Position numbers and translations under genes: made by a program
Shown here: piece by piece, positions 1 to 8,310 of the stretch
Numbering within the stretch: position 1 is the first letter of the stretch
Layout of the letters: every line of letters starts with the position of its first letter
Notes under the pieces: model-generated
The model's database searches: none
Told to the model about the DNA's origin: nothing
Seen by the model: only the letters and a program-made list of their open reading frames with translations
Assembly: GCA_029838215.1 (NCBI GenBank)
Contig: JALGVI010000072.1
Location: 1-19,572 of the forward strand
Length of the DNA stretch: 19,572 bases
Direction: 5' to 3'
Origin: Candidatus Helarchaeota archaeon
Lineage (GTDB): Archaea; Asgardarchaeota; Lokiarchaeia; Helarchaeales; RDOG01

Positions 1-2
1 AT

Positions 3-1016
3 GAAAAGAAGTGGTATTGGTTCATTCTTTCAATTGTCTTCCTGTCATTGTCCGTCTTGTCAAATGAAGCTGGCATTTTCACGATTGTTGCACTTCCACT
101 TTTTGAACTTCTTGATGTCAAGTTCATGGATTTCTTGAAGCGAAATGTTTGGAAATACATGGGATTTATTCCCATTGCCTTGATATTTTTGGGTTCTCAT
201 TTGTTTACAAGTCAGGCATATCAACATGATTGGTATCACCTGCCTGTCGTGATTCCGATTGCCATCGCTTGGGCGGCGGGATTTCTTTTGATATATTATG
301 CTATTAAGACCGAAAAATGGTTCACCAAGCCGCCTTCAATTAATTTATTCCTTATTTCTTTGGCATATTTCGCCACTTTTACGATAATACTCAAGGGAAA
401 CCCACGATCTCCCTACATGCCAACAATGACTTATGCTTTGGTTGCAGTCGCACTTCTCGTTGCGCCAAACTATTCCAGCTTGGTGACTTTTTTTAGAAAA
501 GCGGTCTTCACGAAACATTATCCAAAGAAGAAATTCTATAAACTCATTGGTATGTCGGTCCTCATCACGCTCTCCACGTCATCTCTCGTAATAAATGGCA
601 TTTATTGGTTTCAAATGGGTTACCAATCTAGTGCCGTTGCTAATCAAGTGATTCAACAAACGGAAAACCCGACAAACACTTCGATATATGTCCTAAACGT
701 ACCCTTGATCTCAAATTTTTACATGGCGGCGGGTGAGGCTGAAGTCAATCGTCTCATACACATGAAAACAGGCATTTATTATTCAGTCAACGTGATATAT
801 CTTGAAAAGGACGTTCAAATTCTCGTGCCGAATCAAATTCACCTGCTATTCATTAATGGATTTACCCTTCTTTGCGATCCGGGACGTGGTGAAATCATTG
901 CAGAGAATTACTTCAATAATAACATCACTAACAATGCAAGTTGTGTTGTTTACTTGTATGATCCGTTCACGTTTCAGTTAACAAACGTGAGTGGGTTATT
1001 ATATGCGGAATTATAA
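3..1016 (+). CDS. 5'-partial multi-pass membrane protein with a soluble C-terminal domain; possibly a GT-C-like glycosyltransferase
   Basis: The frame is open from base 3 (EKKWYWFILSIVFLSLSVLS...), so the true start lies upstream of the window. It has about 6 hydrophobic segments and a C-terminal domain with N-x-S/T sequons (NTS, NIT, NAS, NVS). The function is a guess. Confidence 0.6.
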   Translation, partial: EKKWYWFILSIVFLSLSVLSNEAGIFTIVALPLFELLDVKFMDFLKRNVWKYMGFIPIALIFLGSHLFTSQAYQHDWYHLPVVIPIAIAWAAGFLLIYYAIKTEKWFTKPPSINLFLISLAYFATFTIILKGNPRSPYMPTMTYALVAVALLVAPNYSSLVTFFRKAVFTKHYPKKKFYKLIGMSVLITLSTSSLVINGIYWFQMGYQSSAVANQVIQQTENPTNTSIYVLNVPLISNFYMAAGEAEVNRLIHMKTGIYYSVNVIYLEKDVQILVPNQIHLLFINGFTLLCDPGRGEIIAENYFNNNITNNASCVVYLYDPFTFQLTNVSGLLYAEL

Positions 1017-1068
1017 AAAAAAACGTGAAATATTGAAAGAAATCTCTTCAATATTTAATTTATTTTCT

Positions 1069-1329
1069 TCAATCTTTCTTTATCTTGATGTCGATTGAAT
1101 GTACAACTGGATTATAGATTCGAAGATCATTGCAAAAGTTCCTCGTCATCTCTAATGCTTCTGTCTCGTCTTTTGCTTCGATTGAAACCCTCAAGTATTT
1201 TCCAGTTCGGACTGACTTTACCTGTTCATATCCTCCTTTATTTAGAAGATCTCGCTGAATTGTCGTGCCTTCCGGGTCTTTTGCGGCAGGTTTATTCTCA
1301 ATAATTATTTCAACAACATGTATTGGCAT
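1069..1329 (-). CDS. purS: Phosphoribosylformylglycinamidine synthase subunit PurS
   Basis: 86 aa with KDPEG, V-x-S-V-R-T-G-K and C-x-x-L-x-x-Y-N-P-V motifs; lies directly downstream of purC. Confidence 0.93.
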   Translation of the reverse strand: MPIHVVEIIIENKPAAKDPEGTTIQRDLLNKGGYEQVKSVRTGKYLRVSIEAKDETEALEMTRNFCNDLRIYNPVVHSIDIKIKKD

Positions 1330-1389
1330 CGTAGACTTGATCCATTAATTTTAATTTCTGATTTTTTCGCATTATCATTGCAGGGGTGT

Positions 1390-2439
1390 TCATTTACTAA
1401 AATCTTTCATGAAGTCTTTATATTTCTTTACGACATTCTCTAACTTGGGACACTCAAAAAGTTCCTTGTCCATTACTGCATTTGCTGTTGACATGTAAAT
1501 ATCTTCAAAGATCTTTTTTAATTCAGCAGGTAGCTTCGATGGTTGAATCTTGCATAATTCCTTCCATTCTTTGATTTTCTGCACGGACGCTTCTTTTTTG
1601 GCATTCATTAAGTCCTCATACCAGTTGGTTTTTCTATAAAACTGCCTTGCAATTTCTTTACTGACGGAAATGCCTTCGTATGTAAACCTACACTCGTCTA
1701 ACGTGCCGAGAACATCAACGAGCATCAGTTTTCTATTGGGATCATAAGCAAGTTCTATTTTTCCGTCCTCATTGACCAGCGAAACCTTTTTTACTGCTTC
1801 CGTTATGAGAGAATTAACGCTGCGTAATGTTTTCTTGATATTATCCACTTCACTATCCGTCAATCCCGATATTTCTTGAGCCTCTTTCCATGAAACATAT
1901 CTATCGCTTTCTTCCAGCTTCGTGCTCACGTCAAAGATAGGTGAACTTAATCGCTCTCCCGGTTCTGGAAAGTGATCCAATCCCAATTCTTCTAAAGTCA
2001 GATCTCCATTCTTCAATCGCCTGAAAACGCTTGAGCCCTTAGGAAGACCATTTCTATAAATTATCTCGAGTGGAATTAAGAAATTGCTTAAATCGGGCTT
2101 GTACCGTGAATAATCATACTTTTTATTCTCAAATTTTGGCTTGATGACTCTTACTAAGCTAACTTCCATCACATTCGTAGGTTCTTCAATCTCGTCCAAT
2201 CTGGAAACTTTTCCATCCTTTGTCACCAGCCCACGATAATGCGTCCTTATGCCTTGCTTTTCAGCCTTTTCAAAAAAATAAGCACCCATTAAACAAAGGG
2301 AAGCACCCTTATTTTGGATGTGGTCGGGCATTTCACCCCAGTCAAACACGGAATACCTATTCGAAAAGACAAATCGTCCAATTCCCAGTTCTTTTTCGGT
2401 AGTTTTTTTCAACACTTGCAGATCTTTCACACTACCCAT
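1390..2439 (-). CDS. purC: SAICAR synthetase, long archaeal type
   Basis: MGSVKD..., F-x-F-S-N-R-Y-S-V-F-D-W-G-x-M-P-D, STKLEESD, EDGKIE and DVLGTLDECRF motifs. Start placed at ATG 2439, behind an SD-like GGTGG, rather than at 2478. Confidence 0.93.
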   Translation of the reverse strand: MGSVKDLQVLKKTTEKELGIGRFVFSNRYSVFDWGEMPDHIQNKGASLCLMGAYFFEKAEKQGIRTHYRGLVTKDGKVSRLDEIEEPTNVMEVSLVRVIKPKFENKKYDYSRYKPDLSNFLIPLEIIYRNGLPKGSSVFRRLKNGDLTLEELGLDHFPEPGERLSSPIFDVSTKLEESDRYVSWKEAQEISGLTDSEVDNIKKTLRSVNSLITEAVKKVSLVNEDGKIELAYDPNRKLMLVDVLGTLDECRFTYEGISVSKEIARQFYRKTNWYEDLMNAKKEASVQKIKEWKELCKIQPSKLPAELKKIFEDIYMSTANAVMDKELFECPKLENVVKKYKDFMKDFSK

Positions 2440-2598
2440 TTTTTTCCACCAACACGTTAGCTCGGGTCTTGTTTTCATGTTAAAACATGATCAATCCATG
2501 ATAGAAAGACTTAAAGCCTATTCTTTTTAGTGAAATATCTTTTTAAGATTTCTTAAAGCTCTTGTTTTTTGTCGAAACCATGATTTGCTCTAAGATGC

Positions 2599-2611
2599 TT
2601 TATATATGATT
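2599..2611 (+). promoter_or_regulatory. Candidate TATA box for the 2683 ORF (TTTATATATGATT)
   Basis: TATA-like element in the divergent purC/2683 intergenic region; the same 13-mer recurs at 10667-10679. Confidence 0.4.
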
Positions 2612-2682
2612 AGTTTCCATTTATTAATACGATATTTATAACCTAACGACTTCACTTAAAAAAGAAAAGTGAGTGGATCATT

Positions 2683-3303
2683 GTGGATCGGAACCGCATA
2701 TTAGCCCAACTATTAACAGGAGGCATTGTTGCTGGAGTCGCAGTTTCTATTTTTGGTGCGTTTTGGTTTCTTCTAGACGTGATTTCCTTCATTTTGAATC
2801 CCGTCGTAGATATTCTAACGTTTTACTGGTTTCTCACATTACCCTTTACGAATACAGGGTTGTTTATCTTCATCATTGGAATGGGATTTATGGTCTTTTT
2901 TTTCCTGATCATTGCATTCATGGTTATCTATAAACGGGGCTACGGTGCAATATATGAAGCTCTTAATAAACAACCCATACAGTGGACAGAATCCGAACTA
3001 ATAGAGACAAAGAAAGAACGACGAATTGCAAACTTCATCTCGTGGGGTCTCATAATTTCCCTGGTCATAATTCTATTTGGAATGTTATTTTCACCCATTT
3101 CCAGTTTATCTGGGAGTGGAGGGTCGTGGCCCGTCACATTGTTGATAATCATTCTCAGCATTGCCACGAGGTTTCTTGGATTAGATATACTACTTTTAGG
3201 TCTTACAATTCTTCTTGGCTTTCTAATCTTGACTGCACTCGCACTATTAATAAAATACGGTCATAGGTTTTTCTTGAAACTATTTTTCAAGATCAACAAG
3301 TAA
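2683..3303 (+). CDS. Hypothetical membrane protein (about 5-6 TM helices)
   Basis: 206-aa ORF with a GTG start, long hydrophobic segments and one charged loop; followed by T-tracts. Confidence 0.75.
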   Translation: MDRNRILAQLLTGGIVAGVAVSIFGAFWFLLDVISFILNPVVDILTFYWFLTLPFTNTGLFIFIIGMGFMVFFFLIIAFMVIYKRGYGAIYEALNKQPIQWTESELIETKKERRIANFISWGLIISLVIILFGMLFSPISSLSGSGGSWPVTLLIIILSIATRFLGLDILLLGLTILLGFLILTALALLIKYGHRFFLKLFFKINK

Positions 3304-3323
3304 TCAAAAATTTCCAGAAGTTT

Positions 3324-3400
3324 CTCCTTTTTTTTATTTGAATTAAAGAAAAGCTCCTTTTATTCAATTCATTTTACTGAACTCAGAGATCTCCTTTTTT
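3324..3400 (+). terminator. Tandem oligo-T tracts (CTCCTTTT x3), candidate archaeal terminator
   Basis: CTCCTTTT occurs at 3324, 3354 and 3391, just after the stop codon at 3303. Confidence 0.4.
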
Positions 3401-3482
3401 GATTTTTTAGCAAAAATAACGTTTTTAAACCATTCAGCCCAATATATAATTTATTCACAATCTTTGAAAAATGACGTAGAGA

Positions 3483-4346
3483 GTGAAGTCCTTGGTTTAT
3501 AAACCCCCGAGTGTCAAACCCCCGAGTTTATGCCCTCGTTGTGGCGGTCCTTTGGTAAGTATAACGGATGACGAAGGCAATGTTAAGGGAAAAAGATGTC
3601 CTGCTTGTGGATTTGTGACTAGTAAAGGAGCTGCTGCCAGACCTGAAACTATTAAAATTAGGATGGATGAGCCAAAAAAGTCTAAAGAAGAAAGAATCTC
3701 CATTTTCAAGATGGTTCAAGACGATGTGGCTCCTACGACTGAATTGAGTTCTGATAATGTATGCCTCATCTTAGATCGAGACCAAAATAAAATCTTCATC
3801 TGGAAAGGGAAATATACGTCTCCAGGGGAACGATATCGTGCAGGTACTGCGGCGACTCGTTTAAAGAGCAGGGAACGATTATACGGTGCCGCTACGGTGA
3901 TCGTAGATGAAGGTGAAGAACCTGCTGATTTTCCCGATCTCTCAAAATTGAAGTCGCAAGTTGCTGTTGAAGATCAAAAACGGAAAAAAGAAGAAGACAA
4001 AATGAAAGAAGAAGCAAGGAAAAAAGAAGAAGAAGAAGAAGCAAAAAAGAAAGCTGAAGAAGAGGCAAAACGAAAAGCGGCTGAAGAAGCCAAAGAAAAA
4101 GCTGAGGCTGAAGCAAAACCATCTGCATCGGCTGAACCTACTGCGGCAGAAGACATGCGCATCAAATCATTGACCATCATCGACGGAATTGACGAAAACG
4201 TCGCAAGAAAACTCATCGAAATCAACATCACCTCCGTCGCACTACTAGCTACAGCTGACCCCTCAATGATATCTGAGAAAACGGGGATCGATGCTGACAA
4301 GATTCGCCAAATAAATCAGAATGCAAAGTCCATTTTAGGATTATGA
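3483..4346 (+). CDS. Zn-ribbon + gelsolin-like domain + E/K-rich helix + C-terminal helix-hairpin-helix protein
   Basis: CPRC...CPAC at aa 17-42; gelsolin-type ELSSDNVCLILD...IFIWKGK..SPGERYRA...VDEGEEPADF at aa ~72-152; E/K/A-rich run at aa 163-212; LTIIDGIDENVARKL..INITSVALLATAD...SEKTGI (HhH_5/RadA-N-like) at aa ~229-286. Confidence 0.85.
   Translation: MKSLVYKPPSVKPPSLCPRCGGPLVSITDDEGNVKGKRCPACGFVTSKGAAARPETIKIRMDEPKKSKEERISIFKMVQDDVAPTTELSSDNVCLILDRDQNKIFIWKGKYTSPGERYRAGTAATRLKSRERLYGAATVIVDEGEEPADFPDLSKLKSQVAVEDQKRKKEEDKMKEEARKKEEEEEAKKKAEEEAKRKAAEEAKEKAEAEAKPSASAEPTAAEDMRIKSLTIIDGIDENVARKLIEINITSVALLATADPSMISEKTGIDADKIRQINQNAKSILGL
3501..3527 (+). repeat. Exact 12-nt direct repeat AAACCCCCGAGT (15-nt period) encoding KPPS-V-KPPS
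   Basis: Identical copies at 3501-3512 and 3516-3527. Confidence 0.9.
3969..4118 (+). repeat. Low-complexity GAA/AAA/GCT region encoding an E/K/A-rich (single-alpha-helix-like) linker
   Basis: Translates as EDQKRKKEEDKMKEEARKKEEEEEAKKKAEEEAKRKAAEEAKEKAEAEAK. Confidence 0.8.
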
Positions 4347-4400
4347 ACACGTGTTTTTTACATTTCTTTTTTTATTTTTGAATGCATGTTGATGTGTCTC

Positions 4401-5693
4401 TCACGGGTATGTCCTATTAATCGTTCTTGGATATGCTATCGTATCTCTGATATTTTCCAATTCAAGTATCCAACGAATCACGCGTTCAACGCCAAGTCCC
4501 ATTCCCGCATGAGGCACGCTCCCATATCGCCGCAAGTCCACGTACCATTCATAATCTGCTGGATTTAGATTTTCGGCTTTAATTCTGTCCAATAGGATGT
4601 CCAAATCATGAATTCTCTGACCTCCTCCAATGATTTCACCATACCCCTTTGGTGCCAGTAAGTCCACGCAATCTACGATCTTTGGGTCTTCCGGATTTGG
4701 AGAATGGTAAAATGCCTTGGCTTCCTTGGGATAACTATGGACGAAAATGGGGAGGTCTTCGTCCTGAGTTAAAACGCGCTCTTCCTCCGTACCAAGATCG
4801 GTTCCCCACTCGAATTCTATTCCTTTCTTCGATAGGACCTCAACTGCTTCTGTATAGGATATTCTTTTAAACGGAGGCTGAACCTTGAGCAAGTCGTCCG
4901 CTTTAATGTTAAAAACTTCCAATTCCTTCGCGTGCGTTTTCGCAATCACTTCACAACAATATGATACTAATTCCTCTTCAACACGCATTAATTCCTGAAG
5001 TCCCATGTATGCCGCTTCGCACTCCAACATCCAGAATTCTGTTAGATGACGCGTGGTTCGGGATTTTTCGGCTCGAAAACTGGGTGCCACGGTCCAAACT
5101 TTCTCCAAGGAAAAGATCAAGGTCTCCAAGTAAAATTGACTTGACTGGGTTAGATATGCCTGTCCATCAAAATATTTCAAATTAAATAACGTGGCTCCTC
5201 CCTCGACGGCAGATCCCGTGAACATGGGTCCGTGAACTTGAATCCAACCTCTATTATTGAACCAATCCGTGAATGCTCTGAACAACGTGGCCCGTATCTT
5301 CATGACGTGTGAGAGTTTTTGCGATCTCAACCATAAATGACGCTTATTTAACAAGAAAGAAACGCTTTGATCTTTGGTAATTGGAAATGTTTCGGCAGGG
5401 TGAATGATGTTCAGACTTTGAACCTGAAGTTCATGACCACCCGGACTTCTCTCATCTTTTCTGACGATTCCGGTCACCTCAATTGCCGATTCAATCGTGA
5501 TTTTCTTGGCTACCGCAAATGCTTCGGGTGCTTCTTCTCGCACCACGGTCAATTGAATGATGCCCGTTGAATCCCTCAAGATAATAAATCGCATTTTTTT
5601 CGTTCCCCGAGCGCGATACACCCATCCGCGCAGGTTGGTCTGCTGCCCTACAAGATTGCCTTGCAAAACATCCTGAACGTGAATGAAATTCAT
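4401..5693 (-). CDS. asnS: Asparagine--tRNA ligase
   Basis: OB-fold N-terminus (LRGWV...ILRDSTG); QSSQFYLE, FRAEKSRTTRHLTEFWMLECE, GYGEIIGG and WYVDLRRYGSVPHAGMGLGVER motifs, all AsnRS-type. Confidence 0.93.
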   Translation of the reverse strand: MNFIHVQDVLQGNLVGQQTNLRGWVYRARGTKKMRFIILRDSTGIIQLTVVREEAPEAFAVAKKITIESAIEVTGIVRKDERSPGGHELQVQSLNIIHPAETFPITKDQSVSFLLNKRHLWLRSQKLSHVMKIRATLFRAFTDWFNNRGWIQVHGPMFTGSAVEGGATLFNLKYFDGQAYLTQSSQFYLETLIFSLEKVWTVAPSFRAEKSRTTRHLTEFWMLECEAAYMGLQELMRVEEELVSYCCEVIAKTHAKELEVFNIKADDLLKVQPPFKRISYTEAVEVLSKKGIEFEWGTDLGTEEERVLTQDEDLPIFVHSYPKEAKAFYHSPNPEDPKIVDCVDLLAPKGYGEIIGGGQRIHDLDILLDRIKAENLNPADYEWYVDLRRYGSVPHAGMGLGVERVIRWILELENIRDTIAYPRTINRTYP

Positions 5694-5761
5694 GGTTCTT
5701 CTTCCTTTTTAAAAATTTTTCGTTGTCTTATTTTAGATATAGCACCTAATTTGAAAAAAGT

Positions 5762-5784
5762 TTAAATTTAAAATTTAAATTTAA
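5762..5784. promoter_or_regulatory. Perfect AT-only inverted repeat TTAAATTTAAA-A-TTTAAATTTAA between divergent genes
   Basis: 11-bp arms at 5762-5772 and 5774-5784 with a 1-nt spacer, in the asnS/flavoprotein divergent region. Confidence 0.45.
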
Positions 5785-5890
5785 TGTTCCAGACCTAATC
5801 TACCATGATTCTAAAAAATCAATGATTTTCAAATGATTTATAAAGTATTTTGACTAATGATGGTCAAATTACAAATGAAGGTGTAATGTT

Positions 5891-7024
5891 TTGACAATTT
5901 TAACTCGGTTAACAAAAGATTTAGGCATGAAGGTACCCATCTTTCTTGCAGGAATGGGACCCTTCTCCACTTATAAGACAGCGGTTTTAGTGTCGAACAA
6001 CGGCGGTTGCGGGCTTACTAGTCATTGGGGTATTCTCTCAAAGGTTAATCCCAAAACTCACTTGATTGACCACGAAGAAGGCGTCTACATTAGTCCCCAA
6101 CAAAAAATGGAATTCGATCTTGATTACATTGATAAAAACCTTGAAGACGATAAAGTCATCGGTTGTAACATACGCGTGGCGCGAATCCAAGTCGATGCAC
6201 CTGCCGTTATCAGAACGGTCTTGAAGAAACGCAAGGAAAATCGAAAGATTAGAGAAGCCTTGAAAGTCATCGTGACCTCTGCAGGAAATCCAATGATTGC
6301 TCAGAAATTATTAAAGAAAGAAAAATATTTTGTCGATGGTAAAAAGGACATTTTACATTTCCACGTGAGCCCCACGTTAGCATTGTGCCAGAATACCTTT
6401 AAAGCGGGATGCGATGGTGTAATTGCCGTGGGATTTGAAGGCGGTGGACATCAATCTTACGAAGGCGTGAATACGAGCGTTCTCATTCCTGAAGTTCGTG
6501 AATGGATTGACAAAGAATGTCCAGAATTCTACCTCGTGGCTGGTGGCGGGTTCTATAATGGACGCACGCTTGCTTCAGCATTGGCACTTGGTGCAGAAGC
6601 CATTCAAATGGGAACACGTTTTATTGCGACTTCCGATGGCGATTTTCACATCAACTTCAAAAATGCCATAGTCAAGGCACGCGATGAAGACACGATGGTT
6701 TGTTCGGGAGCATTTGGTCCGATTCGACTGTTGAAAAACGAATATGCTCTGGCACATGCAAAAGTCTTAAGCAAAGCAGAAAAAATGGCTCAAGAAAAAG
6801 GTACCGGTGGCGTGGGAGTCGATCCAACACAATTGAACAAGCAATTGGCTGAAGACATGAAACGATATGATCTCGTTTATGAAGGTGATGTTGAACACGG
6901 CGCCGTGCTCTGCGGTGAAACCGTTGGTGGCATCAACTCGCTCAAGACTGTAAAGGAAGTCATAGAAGACATCATCGTCGAAGCCACGCAAGTCATGAAA
7001 ACAATGCCCAATATGATTGAGTAA
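5891..7024 (+). CDS. Nitronate monooxygenase / FabK-like FMN-dependent oxidoreductase
   Basis: PIFLAGMG, AVGFEGGGH, AGGGFYNGRTLASALALGAEAIQMGTRF and CGETVGGI motifs; TTG start behind GAAGGTG. Confidence 0.88.
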   Translation: MTILTRLTKDLGMKVPIFLAGMGPFSTYKTAVLVSNNGGCGLTSHWGILSKVNPKTHLIDHEEGVYISPQQKMEFDLDYIDKNLEDDKVIGCNIRVARIQVDAPAVIRTVLKKRKENRKIREALKVIVTSAGNPMIAQKLLKKEKYFVDGKKDILHFHVSPTLALCQNTFKAGCDGVIAVGFEGGGHQSYEGVNTSVLIPEVREWIDKECPEFYLVAGGGFYNGRTLASALALGAEAIQMGTRFIATSDGDFHINFKNAIVKARDEDTMVCSGAFGPIRLLKNEYALAHAKVLSKAEKMAQEKGTGGVGVDPTQLNKQLAEDMKRYDLVYEGDVEHGAVLCGETVGGINSLKTVKEVIEDIIVEATQVMKTMPNMIE

Positions 7025-7174
7025 GTCTTTGGCTTATTTTCAACTTTTTTCATTTTTTATCTCGGCTAGAAGCATTGATGCTAATCGTAAATTTTACTCT
7101 GAATGAAATTCTTCACGATCTCCCATTCATTCAAATATTTAAAGTCAGGATAAAAATCATGAGATGTTTTTATC

Positions 7175-7393
7175 ATGCGTCTTGAAGTCCGCATCATTCC
7201 AAATGCCCGGGAAACTCGTCTTGAGGTCATTGCTGATGATTGCATTAAGGTCTGGCTGAAGAATCCACCGGTAAAAGGAAAAGCTAACAAGGAATTAATC
7301 AAGTTTTTACGTTCCCATTTTAAGGCAAGTAAAGTGGAAATCATTTCGGGCCATTCGGGTAGGAAAAAAATAGTGATTATTGAAACGGACTAA
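7175..7393 (+). CDS. DUF167 / UPF0235 (YggU-like) protein
   Basis: V-R-I-I-P-N-A, PPVKGKANKELIKFL and V-E-I-I-S-G-x-S-G-R-K-K motifs. Confidence 0.92.
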   Translation: MRLEVRIIPNARETRLEVIADDCIKVWLKNPPVKGKANKELIKFLRSHFKASKVEIISGHSGRKKIVIIETD

Positions 7394-7420
7394 AGTCTTC
7401 ATGTTTAGAGAATCAGTGAA

Positions 7421-8284
7421 TTAAAAAATTTGAGACAGGTCAAATTCTTCTCCTAACTTGCCCTCATGAGAAACCGCAGTAACTCTAGTCAATCCTGGCA
7501 CGTGTTGGATTCCTTCGATTCCTTTTTTGATGGCATCGAATAATTTCACGACATCAAGGGAATCAATTATGATTTGGTATGCAATTTCATTCTCGTTAAT
7601 TGTAGACGATTCGATCCCGGGACAGAACGCCTGATTTATCGTTCCTTTATCTTTCATGAAGTCGTACTGAACCGAACCGATTTTTACACCAAATTTTGAA
7701 AGTCCTCCTGGATATGGACAAATGACTCCCGGTGTTTCTTGAATTATTTCTGCAAACATCATTCCTGCTTTTAGCATCGTTGTAGGGTCTCCACTCAACA
7801 CGATACTCGTGCTAACACCCCGTTTCAAGCCAAATTCGGAATCTAGGATGAATCCGTTTGGATCATCAAAGGATGGTAAAAGCCAGACTTGTCGGTCCTG
7901 AAATCGAGCCTTTTTTTGAAGTCCATCTCCGAACAGTGCAATGGAATCTCCAATTTTTACGTTTTCCACTTCAGGATCGGGTTCCATTGCATTCAGGCAG
8001 CATGCCGTTGGCGTTGGCAAGATACTTTGTGTCATTCGTCGTGCCATTTCCTTTTCCAATACGGCTTTTGTTGGTGCTGCGATCATCAGAATCACGCCCG
8101 GACGCCCGTCAGGACCATCCAACACCCGCAAGTCTATGCCGCCTTCTACGCCCTTTTTGTACCCAAATCCACTTGCGGCACGAGCTGCCGTAAGTGCCCA
8201 CTCAGGTGATACTGCCGTGATGAGAATCCGCCCTAACCATAGCGGAAATAACTCGCCCTTGCCTCTAATTTCTATGTTTTCCAA
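7421..8284 (-). CDS. Divergent formylmethanofuran:H4MPT formyltransferase paralog, probably catalytically altered
   Basis: Aligns along its full length to the adjacent Ftr (RILITA, PDGRPG, FGDG, PGG, FCP) but has YQIIID in place of LEIVLD and lacks the EAF, GGGNF, SGSK and GNYGG motifs. TTG start behind GAGGGT. Confidence 0.85.
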   Translation of the reverse strand: MENIEIRGKGELFPLWLGRILITAVSPEWALTAARAASGFGYKKGVEGGIDLRVLDGPDGRPGVILMIAAPTKAVLEKEMARRMTQSILPTPTACCLNAMEPDPEVENVKIGDSIALFGDGLQKKARFQDRQVWLLPSFDDPNGFILDSEFGLKRGVSTSIVLSGDPTTMLKAGMMFAEIIQETPGVICPYPGGLSKFGVKIGSVQYDFMKDKGTINQAFCPGIESSTINENEIAYQIIIDSLDVVKLFDAIKKGIEGIQHVPGLTRVTAVSHEGKLGEEFDLSQIF

Positions 8285-8310
8285 GTTGGACCCTCAAATA
8301 AAAAAATAGG

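Noticed and set aside
2440-2478. N-terminal extension of PurC from ATG 2478
   Set aside because: The family begins at MGSVKD, and an SD-like GGTGG precedes ATG 2439.
3304-3480. Mini-CRISPR reading of the motifs spaced 30-37 nt apart
   Set aside because: The shared repeat is only 8 nt, there are three copies, and no cas genes are present.
4401-5693. AspRS assignment suggested by the QRIHD motif
   Set aside because: QFYLE, RHLTEFWMLE, GEIIGG and YGSVPH are AsnRS-type; the QxxKQ motif of AspRS is absent.
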